62,096 nucleotides of DNA, filler included, from Chiloscyllium plagiosum (GCF_004010195.1; 3 parts of one record of this genome joined end to end with filler, not necessarily neighbours in it); one strand, 5' to 3'. Shown: positions 13,274-27,576, counted from the first letter of the whole stretch. Numbers and translations: made by a program. The notes: generated by a model from the sequence alone, not told the origin.

Positions 13274-14779
13274 CTTATGGCCTTAACAATGTGTCTGATA
13301 CTATCAAGTTTTAGTCTGGACATTACTGAGTGGGTTTACTGTGCTTATAATTACTTGTATTAATTTACTTTTCTGTGGCATTTTAACATGGCTATTTACC
13401 AGTTTAAAATAAACTGGATATATACTCCTATTGCAAGACTAAGTTCAAATCAGTGCATAAAGGGATTACTTGCACTAGTATCCAGGCTTATAGTTTCTGG
13501 TCAAACTCACAATACTGAACAAATACTTTGCTGGTTAATAAAAATTTGGTCTATTTTTCTTCTAGATGGTGTGAATACAAATCAAGTAACATAGCTATTG
13601 TGCGTAAATGTGTAAAACATTATTTGTATTAATGTCACATATCAAATAAAATATTATGTTATAGGTAATATAATTTCATAATGTTTGTATGTTTATATAC
13701 CAATTTGCAAGCTATTTTAGAAAATATGCCCGAAGACACTGGAATACCAGTTATAGTGCAGTTAACAGCTGCATTTATTTTCTGTGCAATCACTATTTTT
13801 ACAATCTTTTGCTTTTGATGTGACAGGTATTAGCCAGCAATGTAAAATAGTCAAACTTGCAGAATTTTTAAAACTGTTGTATGTTTCTTGTAATAAGGAA
13901 CAAAATTAAATGAAGTGGTTGCCTGTTGGAAACAGGAATTAACAGGAGCTTGGAGATATCATGGAGTTGCTGAAAACAGTGCTTTAATCTATGTAAATAA
14001 GAAATATATAACATACAAAGGATTACATTGAAATTTTAATGGATTTCTGGTCAGTACATCCAAAATTACAACAGTCCACAAGATATGCTAAATTTATTTG
14101 AAATTGCTTGATACAGTTTTGCTACCTAAATTGCTTGTAAGTAATTCATTAACCCCAGGCTAATGTTCCAAGGATATGGTTTTAAACCCATCACAGTAGG
14201 TGTTGAAATTTGAATTCAATCGTTTTTGAAATGTCTGAACTTATTTTTTAGACACTAGCCTCAAGGTGACCATGTAACCATTGTTGACTGGTGTAACCCA
14301 TTTGATTCACTAATTTCCTTCAGAGAAGAAAATTTCCCATCCTTATCTAGTCTGGTCTATGTGTGACTTGAGAGCCACAGACATGTCAGTGATTCTTAAC
14401 AGCTTTCTCAGCAACTTTGGATGGATCCTGACTTCTCCGATTCAGAGATGCTCACATCCCTTTTTTTAAAATTCATTGGGACATACACAAGAATGCCAAT
14501 GTACTGCATAGGAAAAGGCTATTCATTGGTTTAAAAGTCAAGTTAGATTGAGGTGTGGCCATGGAGAATGTATCAGGGAACTATGGTTATCCAATCAGTT
14601 TAATTTAAAAAAAGGCATAATGCCTGAACTTGTTCTTTTTTCCCTGTAGAGGGCAGATACAGACATGTAACTTCTAGCAAGCAGGGAGGAGTCATGGTGC
14701 AAGCCCACTTGATGATCTTAAATTAGTATTCATCATAAATCTTGGCATATTTTGGACTATTCAGCAAACACTGTCCAAT

Positions 14780-15335
14780 TGTAGAATGTCCTGAAATAAC
14801 CACAGAGGCTAGTTTCCTGTCACCAAGTCACCCTTTATTTATATGTGTATAGTACGTGACACTGATCCAGCTAGTTCAGAGCCAGCTCCCAGAGTGAGCA
14901 GAACTCCTGACACTCCAATTTGTTTTGTAGAACTTCTGACACTCTTGTTTTTTTTTTACTTTTTTTTGCTTAATTACCCCAACACTGCGGTAGCACTTAT
15001 TTTTCCCCAGCACCCATGTTGGGTGTGTGCAGGTGTGAGACACAGTGAGAGACACAAGATACACGAATCTTTATTCAAATTTCCACCACCAGGAAGAAAG
15101 GAAACACCCGAGTGGCCAGTGACACGCAATGCTCTTCATATCAAAGGGCAATGCTACGTGATCAAACAGTGAAGGGGAGGGCAGGGGATAAATCGTAATA
15201 GAATTGGACAGGGAAATAATACACTGCACTCACTCCTATTTATATGTTAGCCAGGAGTCCCTGATTGGAGCAGGTTAACTATCAAGGAACACATTCTATG
15301 AGATCCACCTGGGTAACATTGTTCTAATTACAACA
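14780..15335 (-). mobile_element. Solo-LTR-like repeat interrupted by a Tx1 3' end
   Basis: TGT...ACA ends; on minus strand CCAAT (~15264), TATAAA (~15240) and AATAAA (~14836) in LTR order; homologous to 60620-60750. Confidence 0.6.
14946..15231 (-). mobile_element. Tx1-type LINE, 5'-truncated 3' end
   Basis: Reverse complement of the 27270-27576 tail (cccagcacccatg, gtgtgcaggtgtgagac, aatttccaccaccaggaag) with T-rich tail. Confidence 0.85.
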
Positions 15336-17049
15336 ATCCCAAAAGGAAAACCAGTGAAACTTGCAAACAACACACATGTTTAACTCATCTGGGTACTTCA
15401 AATGGAGCTGCAGTGTAACAGATACACTCATTTGTAATTATTACTACTTTTCCCTCTGGGTCAAATCTAATATATGACATTGTGATTTGCACTTAGTAAG
15501 CAAAGTGCAATTGACAACAGTTAATATTCTACCTATTGTGAACAGGCACAAAGGGATGTTTCTGTTTGATATGATTCACCAATCATTTTAGCCTGAGTTT
15601 TTACTTACCTTGCAAGCCTGACACTGAAGTATGATACATGAAGGTTATCCTGCATGGAGAGCCATTATCCTATGAGATAGCTGATCATTCTAAATTGAAC
15701 ATTCTCAAAAATGGGCCCAGTGTCATCCCCTTTGAACTTTGAGGTGTTCCATTTTCCTCACTTCACTGAAAGGTTCTCACCAACTGACTCGAGTAAAGGA
15801 TCTGGATTTTTTTTATGCAACAGATAAAGTTAGTTATTTCACACTTCTACAATGCAGTAGCAACACAAGTGTTGTTTTTCATGAAATAGATGAAGCCATC
15901 AAGCCAAAAAAGATGTTCTGCCAACTGCACAAATTAATAATGTGGTTTGTGAATTTCAGTGCTGGTGTGATGTCAAGTACATAAACTTTTCATACCAGTG
16001 ACAGTACTTGAACATGCTAGTACTTGTAACATTAAAGTCTGAAGATTTGGTGCTGAACTAGAATTTTCATAATGCAGTTTGTGCAGCAATGATAGTTACC
16101 CTTCAAAATTCTAATCTTACAAGGCCACTAATTAAACAAATGTAATTCATTATCATGCAGTTTGCTTCATTGCACATAAAAAGACAGTTACTTTGGATTA
16201 AGGTGAGGTTTCTACTTGCTCTTTATGTACAATAGCAGGGATGCAGTAATCGCAAAAGCTACAGTGGTTGTTGTACTGCAGCATATCAGATCATTAAATG
16301 CCAGTATCCTGGCAGCAGCTACAATACCTTCAAACTGAGGCACTTTTCTATCCCATGGAAAAAGCAGGGAATGGCAGAGTGGAAACAATGGCTAAACCCT
16401 ATACTCCTGATGTGTCTTAATGTGATCCAAGCATACAAGGACAAAATACATACAAGCTGTGTAACAGACCCTCAAAACTTTAAGGAACACTTCCAATGTC
16501 TGGATCACTGAGGGGAGCCTGCCATTACACTAGCTAATTGTTCAGATTTTTGGTGACTTAATACATCTTTAGTATGATTATCATACAAGTGTGGCCATTG
16601 CTAAATTGAATCCATTTGCACGTTCACGTGAGAATCCCAATTATCTCACCTCTGGCCCTGCACATGTCACAACATTTCTATAGCTACTTATTTAGTCAAT
16701 TGAACCTTCACCTCCATCCTTATTGGCCTGGCTACCATAAGTCCATTACTCTCCCTCGTCCTGTCCCGTGGTAAAACCTCTCTTCGCAACTCCCTTAAGT
16801 TAAACGTATGCAAAGTTGAACTTGCTAGTGCTTGTAACATTAAGATCTGACATACATATAGTTTGGCTAAAGTATGGCTGAACCCTGTTTCTAATGCTAA
16901 AACTGTTCATTATTTCAGGATCCTCCTGGAATGCAAAGATAATCCTTACATTGATTTCTCTTTTACAACAAATATCTTACACACCTTTACTCTGTCATCT
17001 CCACCTTCACCTCCAACAACTGAGGAACTAATGGCTTCTTTGTCACTAA

Positions 17050-18878
17050 GACCAAGACAAGCTGATCAGTGACCTCTGTTACCTTTCACTCGCCTAAGCA
17101 CAGGGGTATTGCGTGATGAGGCCTGAGCACAATGACATGGGTATAGTACTAACTTGGTGAGAATTCAGTGCAAAGAGGAAAGGAGGTGCCACTGTTTAAA
17201 TTTTTGAACCTTCCAGAAGCGGGTGAATGTTCAAGGTTTTAGTTAGTTTGAGAAAGTAGGTGATTGCTGAGAATTTTAATATTTTATCCTTCAAACATGG
17301 ACAATAGTTTAAACTGTTACTGGAGAGGTATAAGCATTGGAAGAAGACAAGATAAGAAAATTTGTAGTTTAATTAAACCATTTGGTATAGCTACAAACAA
17401 TGGTTCAGTGATATTTTTAAACTTGAAGGCTGGTTAGTTAAATAAAGAAAATACAAATGGCAGGGCAGATGATATTTTTGAAGAGAGATGGGGTAATGTG
17501 TGAAGCAAGTTTGGATATCCAGAAGTAGCAAGGGTAGACCCTCAGGTCTTGAAATTGTCCAATAGGTTTAAGGATCTTGGAAATTGTGAGGATGAGAGCA
17601 GGGACTACAGGGAGCATGATCAAAATGATGACAGTACCTCACTGCAGGATATCTTTCAAGTGGAGGGAAGAAAGTGGATAGTAGTTATAGTTTGGGAGCT
17701 AGATACCATTATCTGCAGTTGAAATCATGAGAGCCAAAGGTTGTGTTGCTAGTTGGTGGCCAGGGTTAAAACATCTTCAGCCTGAAGATGAACTTGGAGT
17801 GTGGTGGGGAAAGAATCTAATTTTTATGATTCACAAGGATACCAACAACATAAATAAGACTAAGAAAGAGTTTGTGTTGAAGTAGTATGACTGGTTAAGG
17901 ATTAAATGAGAAACCAGAACCTTAACAACGATAATCTCTGACTTACTATCTGAACCACAGACTAATTGGCATTGAGTAAATAATATTAGAGAGTTGAATA
18001 AGATTTAAAATTGGCTCATGTAACTGTGTGGGAAAATGGGTTTTGATTCATGAGACATTGGTACCTTCAGGATAACCTTCACCTGGAATGCAGTGGGAAC
18101 AGTGTACTGATGCATCATATGTAGGCCTTTTCAATCAGCTTTGAACTAGCTATTATCAGTCAGGGTTCACATGAAAGATAATTTGGTAAATTAGAGGAAG
18201 GACGAGGCAATTGCGTAAGGAAGGGATAAAAGTTGCAGATACAAGCACATAGATGGGTTACTTCCAGGAAAAGTAAGAGAAGTAGGCTGGTAGTGCAGGA
18301 GTCTTCTGTGTCTATCCCATTTCAAACAAGTATGTTGTTTTGGAAAATGTACAGGGTGATGGATTCTCAGGGGAATGTAATACAAACAGCCAAGTTTCTG
18401 GTATCAGAACAGGCTCTAATACAATGAGGGGTATGTCAGGTTCCAAGAGATCGATTGTGTTATGGAGCTCTCTAGTCAAAGGCACAGACAGACATTTCTG
18501 TGGCCAGCAGCAAAAAATCAGAATGCTGTGTTACCTCCCTGGTGCCAGGATCAAGGATGTCTCAGAGAGAGTGCAGAATGTTCCCAAAGGGAGAGGGACC
18601 AGCAGGAGGTCATTGTATACATTGGTACCAATAACATAGGAAGGGAAAAAGATGAGATTCTGAAGGGAGAATATGAAGAGTTAGGCAGGAATTTAAAAAA
18701 GAGGTCCTCAAGGCCAGTAATATCTGATTACTCCCAGTGCAACGACTGAGTGAGAGTAGGAATAAGAGGATAGAGCATGGCTGAGGAGCTGGTGTATGGG
18801 AGAAGGATTCACATTTTTGGCTCTTTGAAATCACTTTTGGGGTAGAAGTGACCTGTACAAGAGGGACAGATTGCACCT
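17050..18878 (+). mobile_element. CR1 LINE ORF1 (esterase-like) remnants, two degenerate pieces
   Basis: CYLPGARIKDVSER and VIVYIGTNNIG motifs; 18230-18878 is highly similar to 40500-41145. Confidence 0.75.
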
Positions 18879-19404
18879 GTGAGAAACAAAAGCTCACTCA
18901 CTTTAATAATTTCAGTTCGAGACCAAATTTCTGAACAGCAGCGTCGTTTTATTTATACACCTATAGGTGGGTGCTTTGTCTAATTGCCAGGTAAGGCAAT
19001 GACAAAATGCACAGTATACCCCAAAAAACCCTTGCAATTTATACAGTTTTTTTCCCATATGTTTTTCTTATTCCATTGTTTGTTCCCTGCTTCGCTTACG
19101 TCACTCATTTCCTTAAGACTTATCCCACAACTTCTGTTTATCCTGTCTTGTCCGTGACAAACTCTTATCTCTGACTCCCATAAGGGTGTTTGACGTCAGT
19201 CTATTGTAGATTATTGATTAGGCATATCTTTTCTTCTATCAGCATCTATTTCCATCCAGAGGCCACTTTGACCTCTTTAATTAGGGTTTGTTCCTGTGTC
19301 TCTGTACAAGCGAGGAGAACAGATGTTTTCCTGTTTGCCCATATATCCACCATTGTTCTGTATTCACGTCTCATGCTAACATATCCTTTCTTTTTGCTGA
19401 ATAT
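18878..19404 (-). mobile_element. Possible LTR inserted into CR1, truncated by gap
   Basis: CR1 homology stops abruptly at tgtgagaaac; tttatt ~70 bp inside the TG end. Confidence 0.35.
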
Positions 19405-19503
19405 NNNNNNNNNNNNNNNNNNNNNNNNNNNNNNNNNNNNNNNNNNNNTTAATTAATTAANNNNNNNNNNNNNNNNNNNNNNNNNNNNNNNNNNNNNNNN
19501 NNN
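19405..19503. other. Scaffold join with artificial TTAATTAATTAA linker
   Basis: N-run, ttaattaattaa (19449-19460), N-run; same structure at 42128-42139. Confidence 0.95.
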
Positions 19504-19728
19504 NGTGAGAGGGGTGGAGAGGTTGAGGCGGTTAATGTCGCGGCGGCAGTTGGCTATGAAGAGGTCGAGGGCAGGTAGGAGGCCAGCACGGGGTGTCCAG
19601 GTGGACGGGGTGTGTTGGAGGTGGGAGAAGGGGTCGTCAGAGGGTGGGTGAGGGTCTTGATTGAAAAAGAAGGCACGGAGGCGAAGGCGGCGGAAGAATC
19701 GTTCAATGTCACTCCGTGTATTGAATTC
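19504..19728 (-). mobile_element. Penelope-like element ORF fragment (N-terminal to RT)
   Basis: NEFNTRSDIERFFRRLRLRAFFF...LDLFIANCRRDI, typical of Neptune-type PLE ORFs (recall). Confidence 0.75.
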
Positions 19729-20295
19729 ATTGACAAAGAAGTGGCAGACTGAATACAATGTGGGAAAGTGTGAGGTTATCCACTTTGGTAGGAAGAATAT
19801 TCCAAACAGGGAAGAGCTTTGGAAATCGGAGGATAAACTGGCTTTGGAGGGAGTCTGGGGGAGGCAGACAAGAATGATCCTGGGAATGAATGGCTTATCA
19901 TATGAAAAGTGGTTGAGGACTGTGTCTGTATTCAATGACATTTAGAAGGATGAGGGGATCTCATTGAAACTTACAGAATATTGAAGGGTCTAGACATAGT
20001 GGACAGGGAGATGCAATTTCCACTAGTAGAGGAAACTAGGACCTGAGGATACAGCCTTAGAGTGAAAGGATGGCCCTTTCGAAGAGAAATGAGGAATTTT
20101 TTTAATTTGTGGAACTCATTGCCACAGCAGGCTGTGGAGACCAGTCATTGAATATAAGCCAGTGATAGGTATGTTCAGGACTGGTAAGGGGATCAAGGGT
20201 TACGGAAAGAAGACAGGAAAACGGTTGTAAAACATAGCAGCCATGATATGGTATAGCAGACTTGATGGGCCAAATGGCCCAATTTTTCTTGGTCT
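19729..20295 (+). mobile_element. CR1 LINE 3' fragment
   Basis: KKWQTEYNVGKCEVIHFGRKN and downstream CR1 C-terminal motifs. Confidence 0.8.
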
Positions 20296-20547
20296 AATCT
20301 TCTCCCTTATAAACGCATCATTTGGTGGTACCATACACAGACAAAGTCAGGTTCCAAGTACACACTTTGAATACTTTATATCTCCATAACTTGTAACTCC
20401 ATCCACTCTGCTTATCCCCAGTGCAACCCCACAAACTAGTGTTAAGCTACTTAATGTGAATAGAACACTAATTTGAATTCAGAAATTTTATCATTTTTGT
20501 GGTTAGGAACATAGGAAACTTGTGGCAAATTTCTTCAATTGTACATA

Positions 20548-20764
20548 CAGTTGGTTTTTTTACAACATGCGTTTCTTCATCACAAATTGGCTTTAATGCG
20601 ATTGAAGAATTTAGATCATTATTTGTAGAATGAAAACTTTCCTTACCTGTATTGGCTATAACGCAATTCCAGTACTATTAATTTAAATGAAGTGGCTGTT
20701 GTGCAACTCTCTTATGACACAAGATTGCACAAGAATGGAACTATTGAGTCATATTAGAAGACTG
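20548..20764. mobile_element. Possible old Tigger/mariner-type MITE
   Basis: Ends ta|CAGT...ACTG|ta with weak terminal complementarity; loosely similar sequence at ~49880-50140. Confidence 0.35.
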
Positions 20765-22169
20765 TAGCTGATAAAATACAAATGTACCTTCGGTGATTTT
20801 TAAAGATTCTCTGTACTTCTGTTTAAATCCTGCTGGATTATAGTTTTCCCATAAACTCAAAAATTTGATCCTGGTTTCATTTAGCTTTTCATTTAGCTGA
20901 CATTGTGCATCTTCTTGGAAGATATCCATTAATATAAAGCAAATTATTCTGTTCTTAAATTCTGTTTTACACCTGTAAATGCGAAAGGAAATTAAGTAAT
21001 TGATAGAATCTATATTCATTAAGATATAAAGATTATTCAGATCACTGTCACCATATTACAATAAACTGTGGTCCTCATACCACTGCATCAATATGCTTAA
21101 AAAAAGTCAAAGGCTAAATCATGCAAAGATAAAAGCAATTCAACAGCTACACAGGACATAATACATTGCTATGAACATTTTAAAAAGACTTCAAATATTT
21201 TCCAACTATGATGGATATTAATAAGGGATGGATATTCTTTAGGTTTGGGGTGGGGCAATGAAAGCACTGAACAAATGAATGAAGCATTCTTAAAAATTAT
21301 ATATTTCATAAAAAGATTTTCTCTAAGTGTTCAAGAGGAGTAATGTAAATTATATTACAATATTGAGAACTAGTCCATTGAAATATTTTGAGCTTTGGAA
21401 TTCATTGTTTTGTATTTTTTGTGTGAAAAATGCACTATGAAAAAGGCAAGTTTTTGCTGGGACTATATATGAAAGATCAAAAAGCAAAAGGGTGGACTCT
21501 TATATTGACCCAAAATGAGAAATACCTTAATTAGATAGCTGGATATTTAAAATGACTGAATGATGGTTACTGTGCATGTTCAAACCTAGAGATGAGGAAT
21601 TCTCACTGATCAGTAATCATAAAATATCTTCCTGTATTGTCATTTGCATAGATCCTGTCTGAGTGATTTTTCAGTGAACTGAAATGCAATCCAGAATTTA
21701 GCATTAGGCAGGTCACCAGCACACTCACTCACTTCAGGTAGACAAGCAATGTTAAAGCTTTTAATATTGCAATGCGTTTGACCATTTTACTTGGTCAGCC
21801 AAAGTAAATGTTGCAGGATTGATGTAATATTTAGTTCACTTTCATAACATAGTCAATCCAGATAGAAAGTTTCCTTTGAAGTATTATCAATTTCAAAGCC
21901 TTTGCTTTCTCAAAAATGTTATTTTAACATGGGTTACATAGAACTTGAGATTTGCCAAACATTTACAGAAAGAAATAAGCACAATAGGTTTTTTTTTCCC
22001 AGTTAGACAGTTCCTGCAAGAAATGGTTGATTCCTTCTGAAATGATGTACAATTCCCTATGCGTGGAAAACATTGAAAAACAATGCAACTATTTGACATT
22101 GAATATAACCCCATAAAACACAAAACAATGTTATTACAAGATCAAAACTGGAAAACAAACTAATAACAA

Positions 22170-22385
22170 CCAAAAGGATGCTGTAATTCAGAAGCAAAAA
22201 CAGAAATTGCTAAAAAAAGCGTACAGGTCTGACAACATCTGTCAAAAGAAATCAGAGTTAACGTTTGGCGTCAACTTTTGGACCCTTCTGAGGAAGGGTT
22301 GCTCAACCTGAAATGTTAACTCATATCTCTCCACAGATGCTGCTAGACCTCTTGGATTTTTTGACTAATGTCTGTTTTCGTTCCT
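22170..22385 (+). mobile_element. PLE-derived palindromic element, decayed hammerhead
   Basis: ctgaggaagggttgctcaacctgaaatgttaac with inverted flanks; paralogous to 28680-29125. Confidence 0.6.
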
Positions 22386-24784
22386 TATTTTACTTCACTG
22401 GTATACACAGACATTGAGGTCCCTTTGCATACCCACATTTTGAACTGTGTCAGCATTTAATCACTGCTGTGCCTTTTTGTTCTTCATGTGAAATGCATCA
22501 CTTCACATTTATCCATGTCATTTCACATATTACTTGTTTTTGCCCACATACTCAATCTTGGTCATACTGGAGCATTCACGCATCCTCCTCACAACTTTCA
22601 ATCCCACCCATTTCATCAGCAACCTTGTAAATATTGCATTTTTCACACAACTCTCAATTCTCCCTAGTTCTGTGTTGTCAGTAAACTTGAAAGTATTGAT
22701 GATTATCTCCAAATCTTGTAATTTCTGCTTTCACCCTCGCTTCTTGGCGAATTTCTCAGTGATTTGCTTTCTCTGACTCTTCTCAGTGAATCGGTGTCTC
22801 TTCTTGATAATTTTCTTTTTCATTCTAATGCTTTCTCTCTCACGATGACAAATTCCCTTCTTCACCCACTTGGTGATTTTCTCACTCATCTCCTTAGAAA
22901 ATTGCTCTCAGCTTGGTGATTTTTCTTTTCTCATCTCAGCAATTTTTCCTCTTTGTCTTCTCACTGATTTTCTCATGCTCTATCTTTTCTAGATTACTTT
23001 CTCTCTCGTCCTTCCCTCTTGGTGATTTGCTCTTCTTCTCAAAACTCAGTGCTCACTCTCACATTGAAACATGGGATCTGAAAATAGAGGCCACTTGGCC
23101 CTCGGATACTGGTGTGCCAAGAACAGAAAACATAAGACACACAAAAACTAGAAGGTCATTCAGCTCTTTACAACACACCTCTACTGAACACAAGCACAGT
23201 CAAACCAATCTCTCCCCATTCAATAGTCTTAGCACCCACAGTACCAGCCTTGTGGACCTTTGCTGCATTCCCAATGGCAAGCGTATCTTGCCATTTTTCA
23301 GTCAGGAGACGAAAGCAGCACAGAATACTCCACAAATGCAGTCTCACAGAGTCCCACTAAACCTGTAGTGAGGCACCTCTACTTCGGAGTGCATAACTTC
23401 TTGCAGTGATGACAAACTTACTATTTGCCTTTCCAATTGTGATCTGTGGCTGCCTGTTTACTTTCAATAGCTGATGTACAACAATACCCAGAGCCCTGTA
23501 CACACACATTTTCAATTATGTCAGTCAAATAAAACTGTTTTCTTGTTCTGCACATGGAAATGTAGCCCTTTACAGTTACCCACATAATACCCCATGTCCA
23601 TCTTTGCCCACTTACTTGTCGATAACACTGAAGCCTCTTTGTAACTGCAGTACAACTCTCAAGCCCATCAGCATTGTCAGCAAACTTGTAAATATTGCAT
23701 TTTCCATACAACTCACAATCCTACCTAGTTCTGAGTCATCAGCAAATACAGAAGTATTAATTCCTTTTTCTCTTTCCTCAGGAAATTCTCTCTCTCTCCC
23801 TCACTGAGCTCAGTGACTTTATATCTCACCCACACCTTGAGATGAGATTTCTCTCTGCTCGCTAATTTGCTAAATCTCTCACCCTCACTTCTTGGTGAGT
23901 TATTTTCAGCTGCTCCTTTTCTTTCCCTCTCATTCCCCTTGGTCGTTTTTGTTCTCTCACGGTGGATTTCTTACCCTCTCTCCTTAGTCATCTGCTCTTA
24001 CTCACCTCCTGTCGATGATTTTCTCTCTCCGACTCTACTCTTAGTGAATCTCTCAATTTTTGTTGATTTGCTGTCTCTTGCCCCTCAATAATTTTGCTTC
24101 TCGCCCTTTGTCTCTTACCTTGATCTATTCCCTCTCTTCTCACACTTTCTTACTAGAAACCAACCTCTTTGTCCTCTCAGTGATTTTCCCTCTCTAAGTG
24201 ATTCTCCTTCCATCCCTTTTGAAAGATTTTCATTCTGTCACGACACTCTGTGCTCTTCCTTCCCTTGTGGTGATTTTCTCACTCTTCTCAATCATTTTCT
24301 CTGGGTTTTTTTTATCTTTCTGTCTTTTCTCAGGGGTTTTCTCTCTCACCCTGTCCTATCACAGATTCTCTCTCTTAGATGTTCCTCTTGCTGAATCTCC
24401 CTCTTGGCAATTTGCTCTTTCTAACTGGCTCCTGTCAGCAATTTTCTCTTGTCCACTGCTAAGAAATTTTCTCCCTCTGTTACCTCTCAAGGAATCTCTC
24501 CCCTCTTAGTGAAAAGTTCTCTCTCAATCTTCTTTGTGATTTACACACTCCTCTCAGTGATTTTCTCCCCCTCTCAAGTATTTTCCTCACTCTCTCACTC
24601 CCTGCCCAGTGATATGCCCTCTTTCTGTCCTCAGTGATTTTCTCTACCCCTTTCTTCTCAGTAATGTTTTCCCTCTCTTCTATGGAAGCTTTCCATGCTT
24701 TCAGTTTCCTCCATGATATACCCCTCACTCTGTCAGCGTGCTTCTGTTTTTCTGTCAGCCTCTTCACTCAGTGATTCATGCTAA

Positions 24785-25285
24785 TGGAGTCAGAGAGATG
24801 TACAGCACAGAAACAACTCAGTCCAATCATCCATACCTACCAGATATCCTAAATTAATCGAGTCCCATTTGCAAGCACTTGGGTCCATATGACTCCAAAC
24901 TCTTCCTGTTCATAAACCCATCCAGATGCCTTCTGAATGTTGGAATTGTCCCAGCCTCCAACGCTTCCTCTGGTAGCTCATTACATACACACGCCACCCT
25001 CTGCATGAAAACGTTGCTCCTTAGATCCCTTTTAAATCTTTCCCCTCTATCCTAAACCTATGCCCTCTAGTTCTGGACTCCTCCACGCCAGGTAACAGAT
25101 TTTGTCTATTTACACAGTTTACACACATGCCCCTCAAGCTTCTATAAGGTCACTCCGACACTCCAAGGAAAACAGTCACAGCCTATTCAGCCTCTCCTTC
25201 CAACTTTGATAACTTCCTTGTAATTCTTTTCTGAGCACTTTCAAGTTTTACAACATCCTTTCTATCGGAGGGAGGCCAGAATTGT
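24785..25285 (-). mobile_element. CR1 (HER1-like) LINE 3' end
   Basis: Reverse complement of the 60220-60615 type tail (cctaaacctatgccctctagttctggactcc). Confidence 0.8.
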
Positions 25286-26505
25286 GGTTCATTTTGGCAA
25301 TTTTTTTACTCCTCTATTCTCAGCATTTCATCCCCCTACACTTCTCAACAAATTCCTCTCATGGTAACCTCTTGGTGATTTTCTCGCTCTCTCTTCTCAG
25401 GCATTTTCTCTCCCGGTCTTCTCTCAGCGACGCCTTCTCCTCTCGGTAACTTTATGTCTGACTCTCTCTGCTCGGAGAATTTTTCTCACTTTGCTCTCAC
25501 TATCCTTTTGGTGATTTGCTTGCTCTCTCTTCCCCTCTCGGCAATAGTCTCACTTGTTCTCGTCTCAGTGAATCGCTCTGATTGGTGATATACCATTTTG
25601 TCTCGCAGTGATTTTCTCTCTTGCTATCCTCGGTGTCATTTTGTCTCTCTGGAATTTTCTCGCTTACTATCTCCTCAGTCAGTTTCTCTCTCGCTCTTGG
25701 CTCTCAGTGAATCTCTTTCAGCTTGGTGTTTTTCTGTAGGTCTCACTTTCTCAATCTCCTCAGTCCTTTTCCCTCTCTCTTCTCAGTGATTCACTTTCCT
25801 CTTGGTGATTTTCTCACTCGCGCTGAAGCTACTCAGTGATTAACCTCTGTCTTGTCAGGTGATTCTCTCCCTCACTTTCGCCTCTGGGTGATTTTCTCCA
25901 TCAACTTCTCCTTTCAGTCAATCTCTGCAACTTGGTGACTTTCTCCCTCTCTCCTAGCTCGGAATTCTCCTCAAACTCTCACTCCTTGCTCCTCGATTTT
26001 CCCTCTCTCTGTACCTCTTCTTAGCAATCTTTTCTTTCCTTTGGTTAGTTTTTCTCTCTTCGCCTCTTGTCTCAGTGATTTTCTCTCACTCTCCCATCTC
26101 TGAAATTTATTTTCTCATCTTAGCCTGGCAGTCAGACAGATAGGCTGAGCGTAAGGAGACTGTCTTCTCCCGATCACCGCTCCACATTTTTCTCTCTCAG
26201 TAATTTTCCTTCCCATCGACTCCTCCCAGTGAATTTTCTTCTTCCTTCTCAGCAAAGTTCTCCCTCCATATCGTCTCGCTGATTATCCAACTCTCTCTTT
26301 CTTCGCAGCGATTTTCTCTCTCTGTTGCCTCTCCTCTTGCAAATTTTATTTCTCTCCCTCTTGTCTTGGGTGAATGCAGCTCTGTCTTCTCAGCATTTTC
26401 CTCTCGTTATCATCACAGTGATTCCTCTCTAACTCTCTCTCCTTGGTGATTTTCCTGTTCCTCTCACATTGCTTCAGTGATTCTCTCACATATAAACACA
26501 GCATC

Positions 26506-27576
26506 AGTTGGAGGACGCACAGGTGTGTGGTGGGATCCCGTCCGCACTCACGCCAGCCCAGACGGAATTGCACATTGGCCCCAAGGTCCCGTACTTCCCG
26601 CGGGAGCCTGTGCCCCACAACCTGAGCCGCCTCCGGAATTTTAATTTTGTCCCTTTTAAGGACGTAAAAAGGCGAGCCCTGTATCGACTGCTGCTGCACA
26701 CCGTCCACCTCTTCTCCCTCATCCACCGCCCGGACACACCTTGGCGTGCCCATTTGCCACTGGGCGATGGGGATCCCCAGTGGAGGGGGCTCTCTATGTG
26801 GGAATCCTCCCCCTTTCTCTCGGGGATCTGGGGTGGAGGGTGCTGCACGCAGCGGTCCCCTGCAACCGCAGATTGTGGTGGTTCACGGACTCCCAGCCCA
26901 ACTGCTTGTTCTGTGGCACTGAGGAGTCCATGGACCATGTGTATATTGGGTGTGGGCGTTTGCACTCCCTTTTTGATTTCCTCAAAAACCTCCTCCTCTG
27001 CTTTTGGTTGCACTTCAGTGCTCCTGATCTTTGGGCACCCGGTACAGAGGAGGGAAGGCAGGTCTGAAGACCTCCTCGTGGGTCTGCACCTGAGCCTGGC
27101 CAAACTGGCCATAAACAGGTCCAGGCAGCGGGCCATGGAAGGGGTCATTAGGGCCGACTGCCTGCCCCTCTTCCGCGGTTACGTTAGAGCCCGGGTGTCC
27201 TTGGAGAAGGAGCACGCGGCCTCCACCAACACCCTGGAGTTGTTCAGGGAGAGGTGGGCGCCGCAGGGAGTGGAGTGTATTATTTCCCCCTCCAACTCTA
27301 TTATGATTTAATCCCTGCCCTCCTCTTCCCTGTTTGATCACATAGCATTGCCCTTTGATGTGAAGGGCACTGCTTGTCACTGGCAACTTGGGTGTTTCTT
27401 TTCTTCCTAGTGGTGGAAATTTGAATAAAGGTTTGTGCACCTTGTGTCTTTCACTGCGTCTCACACCTGCGCACACACACACATACACACCATGGGTGCT
27501 GGGGAAAAATAAGCACTACCGCAGTTAGGCGGTAGTATGGGGTTAAAAAAAGAGAAAAAAAGGGATAAAAAAAAAT
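26506..27576 (+). mobile_element. Tx1-type LINE, 5'-truncated, with A-rich tail and 13-bp TSD
   Basis: ORF2 C-terminus with zinc-binding motif (GDLGWRVLH...CLFCGTEESMDHVYIGC) split by frameshifts; TSD TAAACACAGCATC at 26493-26505 and 27577-27589. Confidence 0.9.

Noticed and set aside
12646..13323. Long ORFs across N runs (also 38354-39238)
   Set aside because: Length is due to untranslatable Ns.
19449..19460. Palindromic TTAATTAATTAA, repeated at 42128-42139
   Set aside because: Isolated between N runs and gives stops in all six frames: an artificial scaffolding linker.
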